A stretch of 59,104 nt of DNA. It comes from a virus. Taxonomy: Duplodnaviria > Caudoviricetes. This document shows positions 17,620 through 25,918 of the stretch, piece by piece. The stretch is from IMG/VR virus record IMGVR_UViG_3300050016_000060, positions 1-59,104 of that record; one strand, written 5' to 3'. Made by a program: the position numbers and the translations under genes. How positions within the stretch are numbered: the first letter of the stretch is position 1; every line of letters begins with the position of its first letter. Under the pieces are notes generated by a model. It had not been told where the DNA came from, made no database searches, and saw only the letters and a program-made list of their open reading frames with translations.

Positions 17620-18097
17620 ACCTCTCGAATCCTCTCCGCAGCTTGTCCTCTGGCACGGACTCACGCACCGTCTTATCCTCTGGCACAAGCGTTGCGAGCC
17701 ATGTCGTCAGCATCACATTAAACCGATGGCCTTCCATAAGTTCCTTTTCGTCGGCAGCGATCTTCTCAAGTTCGTTGCCCATGACAGAGCCGAGCGACTT
17801 GCCAGCAATCGAGTAGAGGTAAACGCTCGCATAGGCATCGTTGACGGCCCCGGCAAGGTCTATTTTCGATTGATTGCTGTACGCTCCCGTATCGTTCTTG
17901 ATCTGACGATTCGTTATGTGCCGCTCGTCATGTACGCGGGCACGGATTGCCTCACGCACCAATTCGGCCTCGAATGATTTGAAATCGGGCAGATTCCGGA
18001 CTTGCTTATCCGCAAGATCGACTGCCGCGTCAATATCGTCGGGGAACTTCGCGGCACAACGCTGCGTTATCTTGATGACGCTCTGAGGAAACTCCAT
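17597..18097 (-). CDS. Unknown 166-aa protein embedded in the TIGR-like array (candidate accessory factor)
   Basis: AAGGAG RBS before ATG 18097; co-oriented with Tas gene and flanked by guide units. Confidence 0.7.
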   Translation of the reverse strand: MEFPQSVIKITQRCAAKFPDDIDAAVDLADKQVRNLPDFKSFEAELVREAIRARVHDERHITNRQIKNDTGAYSNQSKIDLAGAVNDAYASVYLYSIAGKSLGSVMGNELEKIAADEKELMEGHRFNVMLTTWLATLVPEDKTVRESVPEDKLRRGFERLQKKSVG

Positions 18098-18121
18098 CTG
18101 GAAACTCCTTTCGTTTGAATT

Positions 18122-18163
18122 GGCCGCAATTCGCGAGCCGGTTTCATGTGTTGATTCGCGGCC
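18122..18163 (-). ncRNA. TIGR-like guide unit 3
   Basis: GGCCG-CGA-atcaacaca-TGAAACCG-gctcgcgaat-TG-CGGCC. Confidence 0.8.
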
Positions 18164-18175
18164 TTGGTTTAAAAA

Positions 18176-18219
18176 TGGCGACATCGAAAGAGACGGTTTC
18201 AATCCTCGACTCGCCGCCA
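18176..18219 (-). ncRNA. TIGR-like guide unit 2
   Basis: TGGCGG-CGA-gtcgaggat-TGAAACCG-tctctttcga-TG-TCGCCA. Confidence 0.8.
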
Positions 18220-18225
18220 AACTGA

Positions 18226-18269
18226 TTTTGGCTCTCTTGTTTTCGCATTCAGCAACACATTCGCCAAAA
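18226..18269 (-). ncRNA. TIGR-like guide unit 1 (leader-proximal, variant boxes)
   Basis: TTTTGG-CGA-atgtgttgc-TGAATGCG-aaaacaagag-AG-CCAAAA. Confidence 0.65.
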
Positions 18270-18279
18270 CCATAATTGA

Positions 18280-18308
18280 ATCCTATAGCCATACTTTCGC
18301 TACGGCAA
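18280..18308 (-). promoter_or_regulatory. Promoter of the TIGR-Tas-like operon
   Basis: TTGCCG-17-TAGGAT, placing +1 just before unit 1. Confidence 0.55.
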
Positions 18309-18316
18309 TATCAATC

Positions 18317-18345
18317 TTGACGATTTCCCAAAATTTAGCTAATCT
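18317..18345 (+). promoter_or_regulatory. Divergent promoter for RHH-hldE
   Basis: TTGACG-17-TAATCT, 6 nt before ATG 18352. Confidence 0.6.
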
Positions 18346-18351
18346 ATGGCA

Positions 18352-18522
18352 ATGGCACGCCAAAAGAAAAAACCGGCTGACAAACGAACGAATTGCCTTC
18401 GCACGATGCTGACCGCAGAAGAACGTAAGCTAATCGACCGTGCTGCATCGGTTGCTGGCGAGGATACATCGTCGCATGTTCGCCGGCTCGTTCTGGACTT
18501 GATCCGCAAGGGGAGCCGATGA
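18352..18522 (+). CDS. Ribbon-helix-helix DNA-binding protein (not in ORF track)
   Basis: MARQKKKPADKRTNCLRTMLTAEERKLIDRAASVAGEDTSSHVRRLVLDLIRKGSR; ATGA overlap with hldE. Confidence 0.7.
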   Translation: MARQKKKPADKRTNCLRTMLTAEERKLIDRAASVAGEDTSSHVRRLVLDLIRKGSR

Positions 18523-19805
18523 ATCCAATCGACACGCTTATCGAAGCCGACCGCACGACGCCGAAACGCATTGCCATACTAGGCGACCGCATGACGGACA
18601 TATGGATTCACGGCCACTTGGGAACGTGCCAAGAGCAAGCCATGAAGTTCGTAGAAGATTCCAGAATTGCCACAGAGGGCGGAGCGGCGAACGCATGGCG
18701 GCAATTGGAGAACTGGAATTGCCGACGCTTCGGAATGGGATCGCCACGCCCAGAGCGAAACATCAAGACTCGTTTTGTTGTCGATGACAAAATACTCTTT
18801 CGCCATGACGTAGATTTTTTTGGCGAAGCCAATTCAATCGAAGCGAATCAGAAATCAGAATTTGATCGCTTGCTGGAAGCCAAACCAGACGCTTGCCTGA
18901 TAAGTGATTACGCGAAAGATTTCTGGACGCCTGCCTTTATCCGCGATGTCATCACCTACGCCAACGGACGCGGCATTCCGGTCGTAGCGGACGCGAAGAG
19001 AGAGCCGACAGTTTACAAGGGAGCAATCATCAAGTGCAATAAGGCTTATCGCCTACATTTTTATACCTATGAAACATCCAGAAATGACACCTTGGTTATT
19101 ACCAGCGGCGAATATGAGCCGACCGTTATAAGCAACGATGTCGATTTGCATATGCCGAAAGCCCATCCCTATGTCCAATGCGTCAACCACATCGGTGCAG
19201 GAGATAGCTTTGCGGCACATCTAACCCTTGCTCTCGCCCACGGCCTCTCGCTTGAAGATGCCGCCACTATCGCTCATTCAGCCGGTCGTGTTTATGTGCA
19301 ATATCCGCATGGCCGTCCACCGTGGCCACACGAAATCAAGCGCGACATTGATCCACTGGCCGGCAAAATCCTCATCGGCCCCGACATGCCAGGACTCCGC
19401 AAGAGCATCCCCGGCAGGATCGTATTCAGTAACGGCTGTTACGATTTGCTAGGCGCGCATCATCTATACTGCCTCGAAAAGTCCAAGCAATTCGGCGACG
19501 TTCTAGTTGTCGGCGTCAACTCCGATGAAAGCGTGCGTCGGCTGAAAGGACCGAAGCGGCCTATCCAACCGCTTGCAGATCGCGTTGCCATGCTCTGCGG
19601 GCTTTCCTTCGTCGATTGGGTTGTGCCGTTCGATCAAAATGACCCGTCCGAAATCATGCGGCTGTTGAAGCCGGACATTCGCACGAAGGGGGATTTCCCC
19701 GAACTGAATCGGGCCGGCGATGAACACGCCAAAGAAGTGCGATTGATTCCACCGCTGCCAGGCTATTCGACCACGAACACGCTTCGCAAAATTATGGACT
19801 CGTAA
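18519..19805 (+). CDS. hldE: Bifunctional heptose-7-phosphate kinase / heptose-1-phosphate adenylyltransferase
   Basis: PfkB kinase domain (GD.M.D, GGAAN, SDYAK, GAGDSF) + cytidylyltransferase-like domain (FSNGCYDLL..HH, VVGVNSDESVRRLKGPKRPI). Confidence 0.9.
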   Translation: MNPIDTLIEADRTTPKRIAILGDRMTDIWIHGHLGTCQEQAMKFVEDSRIATEGGAANAWRQLENWNCRRFGMGSPRPERNIKTRFVVDDKILFRHDVDFFGEANSIEANQKSEFDRLLEAKPDACLISDYAKDFWTPAFIRDVITYANGRGIPVVADAKREPTVYKGAIIKCNKAYRLHFYTYETSRNDTLVITSGEYEPTVISNDVDLHMPKAHPYVQCVNHIGAGDSFAAHLTLALAHGLSLEDAATIAHSAGRVYVQYPHGRPPWPHEIKRDIDPLAGKILIGPDMPGLRKSIPGRIVFSNGCYDLLGAHHLYCLEKSKQFGDVLVVGVNSDESVRRLKGPKRPIQPLADRVAMLCGLSFVDWVVPFDQNDPSEIMRLLKPDIRTKGDFPELNRAGDEHAKEVRLIPPLPGYSTTNTLRKIMDS

Positions 19806-20100
19806 TCACCGTGAACGGATAAGGCGGCGTCACTTCCGTAAGCCCGTTCACGTCAACCAACGTCCAGCTTCTACGCCATGATCCAGCCGGTGCAATGACC
19901 GTCCAAGTATACCGCACCTTGTCCCCCGTGATCGGCACGGAATAAGCGTGCGTACCTCCGTTGGCGTCCACCATGTTCAGCGTAGCCGTGCCGCCAGTCA
20001 AATCCCACGGCTGACCGTTTAGGAAGCCGCTGAACACGAAGGTTTCCATCGAGCCGACAACAAGGGGATTTTGGCCGGTTGTGGTTGCCGTCACGTTCAT
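19792..20100 (-). CDS. Small beta-rich virion protein (BppU-like)
   Basis: NGQPWDLTGGT...V.YTW...G.W pattern; last gene of structural operon. Confidence 0.55.
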   Translation of the reverse strand: MNVTATTTGQNPLVVGSMETFVFSGFLNGQPWDLTGGTATLNMVDANGGTHAYSVPITGDKVRYTWTVIAPAGSWRRSWTLVDVNGLTEVTPPYPFTVITSP

Positions 20101-20249
20101 TAGTTGCTCCCGTCCACGATATTGTTGAAATAAGCATTATCGACGATGTTGGCAAATGCGGCCACGTCTACGATGATCGGGCCGGTGATGACAGGCGCAG
20201 GCGTACCGCCGCCCATCAATAAGCCAGGAACCAGAATCGTAAGGATCAT
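20100..20249 (-). CDS. Small hypothetical virion-associated protein
   Basis: 49 aa; overlaps with both neighbours. Confidence 0.5.
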   Translation of the reverse strand: MILTILVPGLLMGGGTPAPVITGPIIVDVAAFANIVDNAYFNNIVDGSN

Positions 20250-21868
20250 TTGAAAGCCCATGAGCCTATGACGGTGTTCGCCGAAAGAACCGTTGTATCG
20301 TTGTCGGCAATCGCGCCGGTGCAACGGAACCCTATGCCCGTTGCGAACGTCAAGCCAGCTGGGAACGTCTCGATGATGCCGGCCCCTGCCGTATTGCCAG
20401 GAACAGTGAAGCGATAGACAGGCGTATCTGTCGATGCTGGCGTTGTCGTCTGATTATAGAGGCGAACGTAGACCGGCGTTGCTCCGATATTGGTGAAATT
20501 CAGCTTGTAGAGGTTGCCGGCGCTGGCCTTGATGACTGTTGCTTGCACGGCAGCAGTTGACAGAAACGAACCAGGAGTATAGCCGCCCGTAGTTCCCGCG
20601 ATGCTCTGCGTGGCATTCGTGGTTCCCGGCGTCGTCTGGTCGATGCCGACCTTGCCGAGCAAATTGGTCCCCGCTGGCAACGCATTCGTGATCGCGGTAA
20701 CTGCCGTCACCGTGGAAACGGTCGTCACAGTTGTTACCGTGCCGATGTTCCATGTCCCCGATTGAGTTGCCAACAAAGGCGTCATCGAGGCGATACCCTG
20801 GATAGTGATAACATCGGTCGATGCACTTCCCGCCGTTCCAAGAGCCGGCTGTTTCGCCGCCGTCGATGCTCCGGTCGGCAAGCTGACCGTGCCGCTGATG
20901 TTGGTGATGTTCCATGTCCCGCTCTGCGCAGCTTGTACCGCGAATGTGCCGGTGTTAGTAACCGCAATGGTCTGCGCTGCGGAAATCCCCACCGTCCATG
21001 TCCCTGACTGCGTAACTGCCCCGCTGACGGTGACTGTTCCTGTAACCGCCGTTGTCGATCCGCTATCCGTGATGACGTGGCCAATAACTGCGGAACTTGC
21101 GTCGTTGATGACGTGCCCGATGACATTCGTTCCAGCCGGCAGAGCCGCCGAAATTGTCACCGCTCCGGTGTTACACGCCGTCACCTTGCCATTCAAGGTC
21201 GATAGAGTAGTTTCCGTGGATGCGCCCGTAGGCAAAGGAAGCGAAGCCGCCGAGATTGGCTGGGTTGCTTGCCAGAATGTGCCCGTGACGGCAACGCTGC
21301 CCGAAATTGAAACGGTAGACAACGGTGTAAGCGTGGCAATCTGCGCCGCCGTCAGCACCACGGGGACGCTCGCCGCTGCGATAGCTTGACCTAATGCCGG
21401 CGTCTTTGTGTCGATGCTCGCCAGTGAAGTGTTGCCCGTGGTCTGTAGAGCCGACGTTGCCGCCCCCGTTGGCAGGCTGACCGTCCCTGAAATGTTCGTG
21501 ACGTTCCATACTCCCGATTGCGTGACGCCGCCGATGGCGTTTGAACCGGCAGGCAGCGCCGCCGAAATGACAACTGCCCCCGTGTTGCACGCCGTTACTT
21601 TTGTGTTTAGCGCCGACAGCGTTGCTTCGGTCGAAGCGCCGGCGGGAAGTGGCAGGCTCGCCGCGCTGACGGCGAACGTCACCCCCGTCATCGGCTGGAT
21701 TGGCAATCCGTGCGTGATGTCAACCTGAGCGACGTTCCACGCTCCGGCGCTTCCGCCCGTAACGTATGAACAAACGCCAGCAGACCATTCAATACTGTTC
21801 ACGTCAAAAAAGGTACGCATGACTGCGCCGGAACCTACCGGAACCGAAAGCGTAATATTGTCGGCCAT
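20246..21868 (-). CDS. Thr/Ala/Ser-rich repetitive tail fibre / virion protein
   Basis: Internal repeats SAASLPLPxGAST..TLS.LN.KVTACNTGAV and QSGxWNxTNISGTVSLPTGA; GGAGG RBS. Confidence 0.7.
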   Translation of the reverse strand: MADNITLSVPVGSGAVMRTFFDVNSIEWSAGVCSYVTGGSAGAWNVAQVDITHGLPIQPMTGVTFAVSAASLPLPAGASTEATLSALNTKVTACNTGAVVISAALPAGSNAIGGVTQSGVWNVTNISGTVSLPTGAATSALQTTGNTSLASIDTKTPALGQAIAAASVPVVLTAAQIATLTPLSTVSISGSVAVTGTFWQATQPISAASLPLPTGASTETTLSTLNGKVTACNTGAVTISAALPAGTNVIGHVINDASSAVIGHVITDSGSTTAVTGTVTVSGAVTQSGTWTVGISAAQTIAVTNTGTFAVQAAQSGTWNITNISGTVSLPTGASTAAKQPALGTAGSASTDVITIQGIASMTPLLATQSGTWNIGTVTTVTTVSTVTAVTAITNALPAGTNLLGKVGIDQTTPGTTNATQSIAGTTGGYTPGSFLSTAAVQATVIKASAGNLYKLNFTNIGATPVYVRLYNQTTTPASTDTPVYRFTVPGNTAGAGIIETFPAGLTFATGIGFRCTGAIADNDTTVLSANTVIGSWAFK

Positions 21869-21871
21869 GAT

Positions 21872-23710
21872 TTAACCTCCGATGATGAACCCGCCGCCGC
21901 CACCGCCACTCGCCGCCGCCTGACTCGCCCCCATGTCCACGCTCGAAGCCGTCGGTGCCATCCCCGCGCCGATGTACGGACTCCAACCCTTCCCCTTGAG
22001 GTTCGTGCCGATGGCGAAGTTGCCGCCCGCAGCGTTGACGAACTGCGGATCGAGCGCGAGGTCGTGTGCGCCGCCTGGGGTGCCGCCGCTGATGTCCGTG
22101 CCATTGGCGTAGTAGTCGTTGTAATCCCAGAACGTCACGAAGAACGTGGCGTCGCTCGGCAGGTTGACGCCTGTCGCCCAATTGTCGATTATGTTGTTGA
22201 CCAACACAAGGCCTAGAACCATGCCAATGGATGCGACATAGATACCACTGTCCGCTGCATTGTTGCCGTAGAGGGTGTTGTTCTTGATCGTGACAGGGAT
22301 AAAACCGGAGTGCAAGAGTTGAATACCGTATGCACCACTAGCAACGACAATCGTGCTGTTCTCGATAATTATCGCACCCCCTGTAAGAGCCTCTTGAATC
22401 GAAAATGACGATGCCCCCTTTAACTGGCACGAATCGACATAGAGGCCAATACCAGCCGCGTTGATATTATAAGTCCCGGCGCAGGTAATCGTGGTTGCAA
22501 GCAGATTAAGAACGCCCCCGGTCTGGTTGATGCCCGTACCAGACCCAGAAATCGTCAGGCCGACGACGTTAGTGTGATTGCCTGTGTTGATGCCGTAAGC
22601 AGACCCCAGCATAACTAGCGTGCCGTTTTTGATGAGCCAGTAGTCCCCTGTGATAGTGAATGCGTTAGCATTGGCTGCTGCTGACAGTGTCGTGCCGTTG
22701 AGGTCGAGGATGATCTGCCCGCCAGCAAGCGACCCAGTCGCCGAGAGCGCCAAGGCGCTAGTAAGCGTCTCGCTCGTTTCTTCTTTCAAGGTCCACGCTG
22801 GCAGCGCGTCCGCGAAGATGTGCCGGCTATTCACGTCGTCAACCGTCGCCCGCTTCCCGCCACTGGCCCACGTCAAGCTGCTCTGCGTCGTCGTGTAGCC
22901 CGTCAGCACGGTGAACGTCACAATGTTGTAGCCGACTGTAACGACTGTTATCACGTCGAACTGCCGCCCGCTGCTGGTGAGTACCCAGAGGACCGCCGAG
23001 CCGTTTGCGTTGATGTTGGTAACATCGGGACCGCCGTAGAGGTAGCTGGCCAAGAGAACGTCGAGAATATTGCCGTTGATAAAACTGCCCACGGTGGGCG
23101 TGCCGTCCGTGGTGTTGTTGATGATCGCCGGATTCGTGCCGAACACCGCTTGGCCAGGAGCACCGTTGACGGTGATGAGCCATTTGTCGTTGACAGCGCC
23201 GACGTTGGTGACGGTAACGTATCCGCCGCCCAGAACGCCGTCGTAGATCGCCTGCACCGCTGCGGGATTCGTGGTTCCGCCAATCGGGATGAGCGGCACG
23301 GTTGTACCACCGGCAGGCGTCGCGTTGGTCACGTCGTAGGTTCCCGTCGTCGCACTGCTGCCGTCCAGCACGTAGGACGCCTGCACCGCCGCTGCTGGAG
23401 CCACAACGAACGTCAGCACCGTCCCGCTGATCGTGTAGTCCGTGGTGTACGTCAACGGCGTCCCGTTCTTCGTGATGAGCGTTGCCAGAACTTTCATCAC
23501 CGGAGCATTGGCCAGCCCGAACGTCACGTTGCTGCCGTCGATGGTCCCCGATGGCGTCTCGCCGCTTACCAGCGTGTACTCCGCCGTGATGTCCACGGTG
23601 GTGCTGCCGTTCGTGGCGGCGTGGACTCCGAAGACTGCCGTGCCGCCGCTGCCGGAGGCTTGGGAGTCGGAGCCGGAAGCGCTGTTGAAGGTTTCGAGGA
23701 CGGAAGCCAT
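21872..23710 (-). CDS. Tail spike-like protein with parallel beta-helix
   Basis: ETPSGTIDGSN.TF.LA module; IKNNTLYGN...NNII..N...DYNDYY.N...DPQFV beta-helix signature. Confidence 0.7.
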   Translation of the reverse strand: MASVLETFNSASGSDSQASGSGGTAVFGVHAATNGSTTVDITAEYTLVSGETPSGTIDGSNVTFGLANAPVMKVLATLITKNGTPLTYTTDYTISGTVLTFVVAPAAAVQASYVLDGSSATTGTYDVTNATPAGGTTVPLIPIGGTTNPAAVQAIYDGVLGGGYVTVTNVGAVNDKWLITVNGAPGQAVFGTNPAIINNTTDGTPTVGSFINGNILDVLLASYLYGGPDVTNINANGSAVLWVLTSSGRQFDVITVVTVGYNIVTFTVLTGYTTTQSSLTWASGGKRATVDDVNSRHIFADALPAWTLKEETSETLTSALALSATGSLAGGQIILDLNGTTLSAAANANAFTITGDYWLIKNGTLVMLGSAYGINTGNHTNVVGLTISGSGTGINQTGGVLNLLATTITCAGTYNINAAGIGLYVDSCQLKGASSFSIQEALTGGAIIIENSTIVVASGAYGIQLLHSGFIPVTIKNNTLYGNNAADSGIYVASIGMVLGLVLVNNIIDNWATGVNLPSDATFFVTFWDYNDYYANGTDISGGTPGGAHDLALDPQFVNAAGGNFAIGTNLKGKGWSPYIGAGMAPTASSVDMGASQAAASGGGGGGFIIGG

Positions 23711-24958
23711 TTACGCATCCTTTCCTTGCATCGCAATCACATTAGCCCACGGCGGATTCATCCCGCGCACAATCTGCGTTCGCCACGATCCGCGCCCAAG
23801 CGAATAGTCCTGATACCACCGCACGCCGTCAATCTGGCTTCCCGCCGAAAACGGGATAATACCCGTGTAGGTCTGATCCAGAAAGCCGACTGTCGAAGAA
23901 TAAATGTGGTCGTAATACTGCGCCACTCGCTCATTCGCGATCGTGGTTGCCATCATGACATCCGACGCAATCGGCATCGAATCTTGATCGTATCTTACCG
24001 TGAAGTCATCGTAAAAGTAATGCGTACCCTGCGCTGCCGTGAACTGTGCTGGAGCCTCTACCGTAATCGGATAATACGACCGTGTTGCCCATTGAAACTC
24101 ATCCAATGTCACCGTTTCTTCGTTGCCGTAAAACTCATTTCGCCGATGGAAGAGAACAACAACTTGCCCAGGCACGCGCCCGCTACCAGTGTCGATGTAC
24201 GCTTGATCGTCCTCCAAGAGCGTAGCCGATGCGTTTTGCAGCGTCGTGAACGGCACATCCGTCCCAGCACTCTGCACGATGCTGTACGGCGTTGCTGACC
24301 GCAAATCGACCGCTATCGTCAAGCCGAGCAAGTCCAGTATCCTCATCAACGCCTTCCACGCCGACGTACCTTGGAACCAAAAGTTTTCCGGTGTTCCTTG
24401 CGGACCTATCGGGATGCCAGGATACGTACCAAGGAATCCTTCCATCTGCGTCCATAGATCGTCAAGCATTCCGTCCCACGTAAAGGCACTTGCACCGTCC
24501 ATCGTCGGCGTATAATACTGCCCTGGATATGCCGGTGCGACCACGTTGTAAGCTGTGTAATCCCCGCCTTCGTCAAACGGCTGAACGGGAAACTCAAACC
24601 ACTGATTCACCAAAATGCCCCGCACGTCCGTCAACTCAACCAGATAGATCGCGTTCGGATCGTTTACAACGCCCGTTGAAACGCATCGCGCCTGAACTAC
24701 CGTCAAGCCGTTCAGCGTGATTGACGTTTGACTCTGCACATCTTCAAACTGTAAGATCAAGTCTTTGCTGTACGTGTCGATATTCGCGTAATCCCCTTGC
24801 CGCATCAACACCCATCCCCGCGCCGGCCATTCTCCACCAGGAGCGAAGAACGAATTAGCGTAGGCCAGTTCCGGTATCGCATGACGACGGAACCTTGCCC
24901 GATTCGTGCGGACTTCTATCGGATCGTACAGGGGAAGTCCGTAGAGAGCGTTAGGCAT
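23711..24958 (-). CDS. Tail / baseplate hub-like structural protein
   Basis: 415 aa; LVELTDVRG, YNV, TW..ML.DLW motifs; position among tail genes. Confidence 0.55.
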   Translation of the reverse strand: MPNALYGLPLYDPIEVRTNRARFRRHAIPELAYANSFFAPGGEWPARGWVLMRQGDYANIDTYSKDLILQFEDVQSQTSITLNGLTVVQARCVSTGVVNDPNAIYLVELTDVRGILVNQWFEFPVQPFDEGGDYTAYNVVAPAYPGQYYTPTMDGASAFTWDGMLDDLWTQMEGFLGTYPGIPIGPQGTPENFWFQGTSAWKALMRILDLLGLTIAVDLRSATPYSIVQSAGTDVPFTTLQNASATLLEDDQAYIDTGSGRVPGQVVVLFHRRNEFYGNEETVTLDEFQWATRSYYPITVEAPAQFTAAQGTHYFYDDFTVRYDQDSMPIASDVMMATTIANERVAQYYDHIYSSTVGFLDQTYTGIIPFSAGSQIDGVRWYQDYSLGRGSWRTQIVRGMNPPWANVIAMQGKDA

Positions 24959-25172
24959 TCTTTGCCCCTGCAAACAAAACGTCGGCGTCATTGTCTTGCG
25001 GCTTCGACTTGTCTTTCGGATGTTGCTCGAAAATCTGATCGGCCAAGGCGATAGCTTTCGCCGCATCCTTTGTCGTCTCAATCGTCGCGTGCAAGATCGC
25101 ACAATACCAGTCATCGTAACCGTGCTGCTCGATTGCGTCGGACAGAATCATTTGCTCTTTGGTCGCTGTCAT
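24951..25172 (-). CDS. Small protein resembling the N-terminus of the MuF protein
   Basis: WYCAILHATIETTKDAAKAIALA vs RYTAILRECLLQTDDTEEAILSA. Confidence 0.55.
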   Translation of the reverse strand: MTATKEQMILSDAIEQHGYDDWYCAILHATIETTKDAAKAIALADQIFEQHPKDKSKPQDNDADVLFAGAKNA

Positions 25173-25918
25173 ATTTCACCTAGAGAGAGTTTTTGCGTGT
25201 GTTCTTCGACCGCCTGCCGAGCCGCTCCAATCGCATCCGAAACCAATCCCTTTGCGGCCCGATATGTCGCCATCGGATGACGTACTGCCGAATGAGCAAG
25301 ATACGCTCCCGTCACTGGCGGAATTACCCATGAAGCCGCCGCCACAATTCCACCAAGCGGAGCCGTGGCAACCGCAACCGGCTTGAATGCGACAATATCC
25401 CACGATGCCAAAACGCTTCGGAGTTTCGCCGCTTCTTCCGGCGTTGATCCCTTCTCAATCGAAATCCGCTCCGCGACTTTTTGCGAAGCCGTCCATCCAG
25501 CAAACGCCACGGCAAGAGCCGTCGATACGGCTTTCTGTACCGGCGTCGGCAGCATCTTGAAGCCAGCCGAACCTTTATCGTGGAGATAATGATACGTCTG
25601 TGTGGCCGCATCGACGGCTTTTCCTGCGGATGATTTCGGCTTCTTTGTTCCGCCTTCTCCATCGCCAACGAAACGCCCGTCGCTCTCCCCGTGTTCGTGG
25701 CCTTCTGCATCCTTGATCGAAAACGGAATCGGCTCGGTACTCGGCACTTGAGCCGGTTCCTCGTCCTCCCCGTCGTCTTCCATCGGCGCAAGCAACAAAT
25801 CTTCATCATCCAAATGACGACACCGCTCAACAAATCGAGCGTCTTCCTCATCCGGGCTTTCTTGCCGCAAGCCTTCAACCAGCGATTGGCTTAGGCGGTC
25901 CCCAAATTTTTTCGCCAT
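25169..25918 (-). CDS. Putative head-packaged protein with hydrophobic C-terminal domain
   Basis: DAEGHEHGESDGRFV motif shared with two upstream genes. Confidence 0.6.
   Translation of the reverse strand: MAKKFGDRLSQSLVEGLRQESPDEEDARFVERCRHLDDEDLLLAPMEDDGEDEEPAQVPSTEPIPFSIKDAEGHEHGESDGRFVGDGEGGTKKPKSSAGKAVDAATQTYHYLHDKGSAGFKMLPTPVQKAVSTALAVAFAGWTASQKVAERISIEKGSTPEEAAKLRSVLASWDIVAFKPVAVATAPLGGIVAAASWVIPPVTGAYLAHSAVRHPMATYRAAKGLVSDAIGAARQAVEEHTQKLSLGEI

Noticed and set aside
16597-18269. CRISPR array
   Set aside because: No 25-40 bp direct repeats with ~30-nt spacers and no cas genes; only an 8-nt loop and short boxes are conserved
16597-18269. Self-targets of the guide spacers in this window
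   Set aside because: Only partial matches seen by eye (for example to the TIR and the local promoter); 9-mers match by chance, so a computed paired search is needed
7681-23710. Diversity-generating retroelement or invertase-driven tail fibre switching
   Set aside because: No reverse transcriptase, TR/VR pair or invertase seen in the window
22820-24298. 492-aa + strand ORF
   Set aside because: Antisense shadow of tail genes; Arg/Val-rich, no motifs
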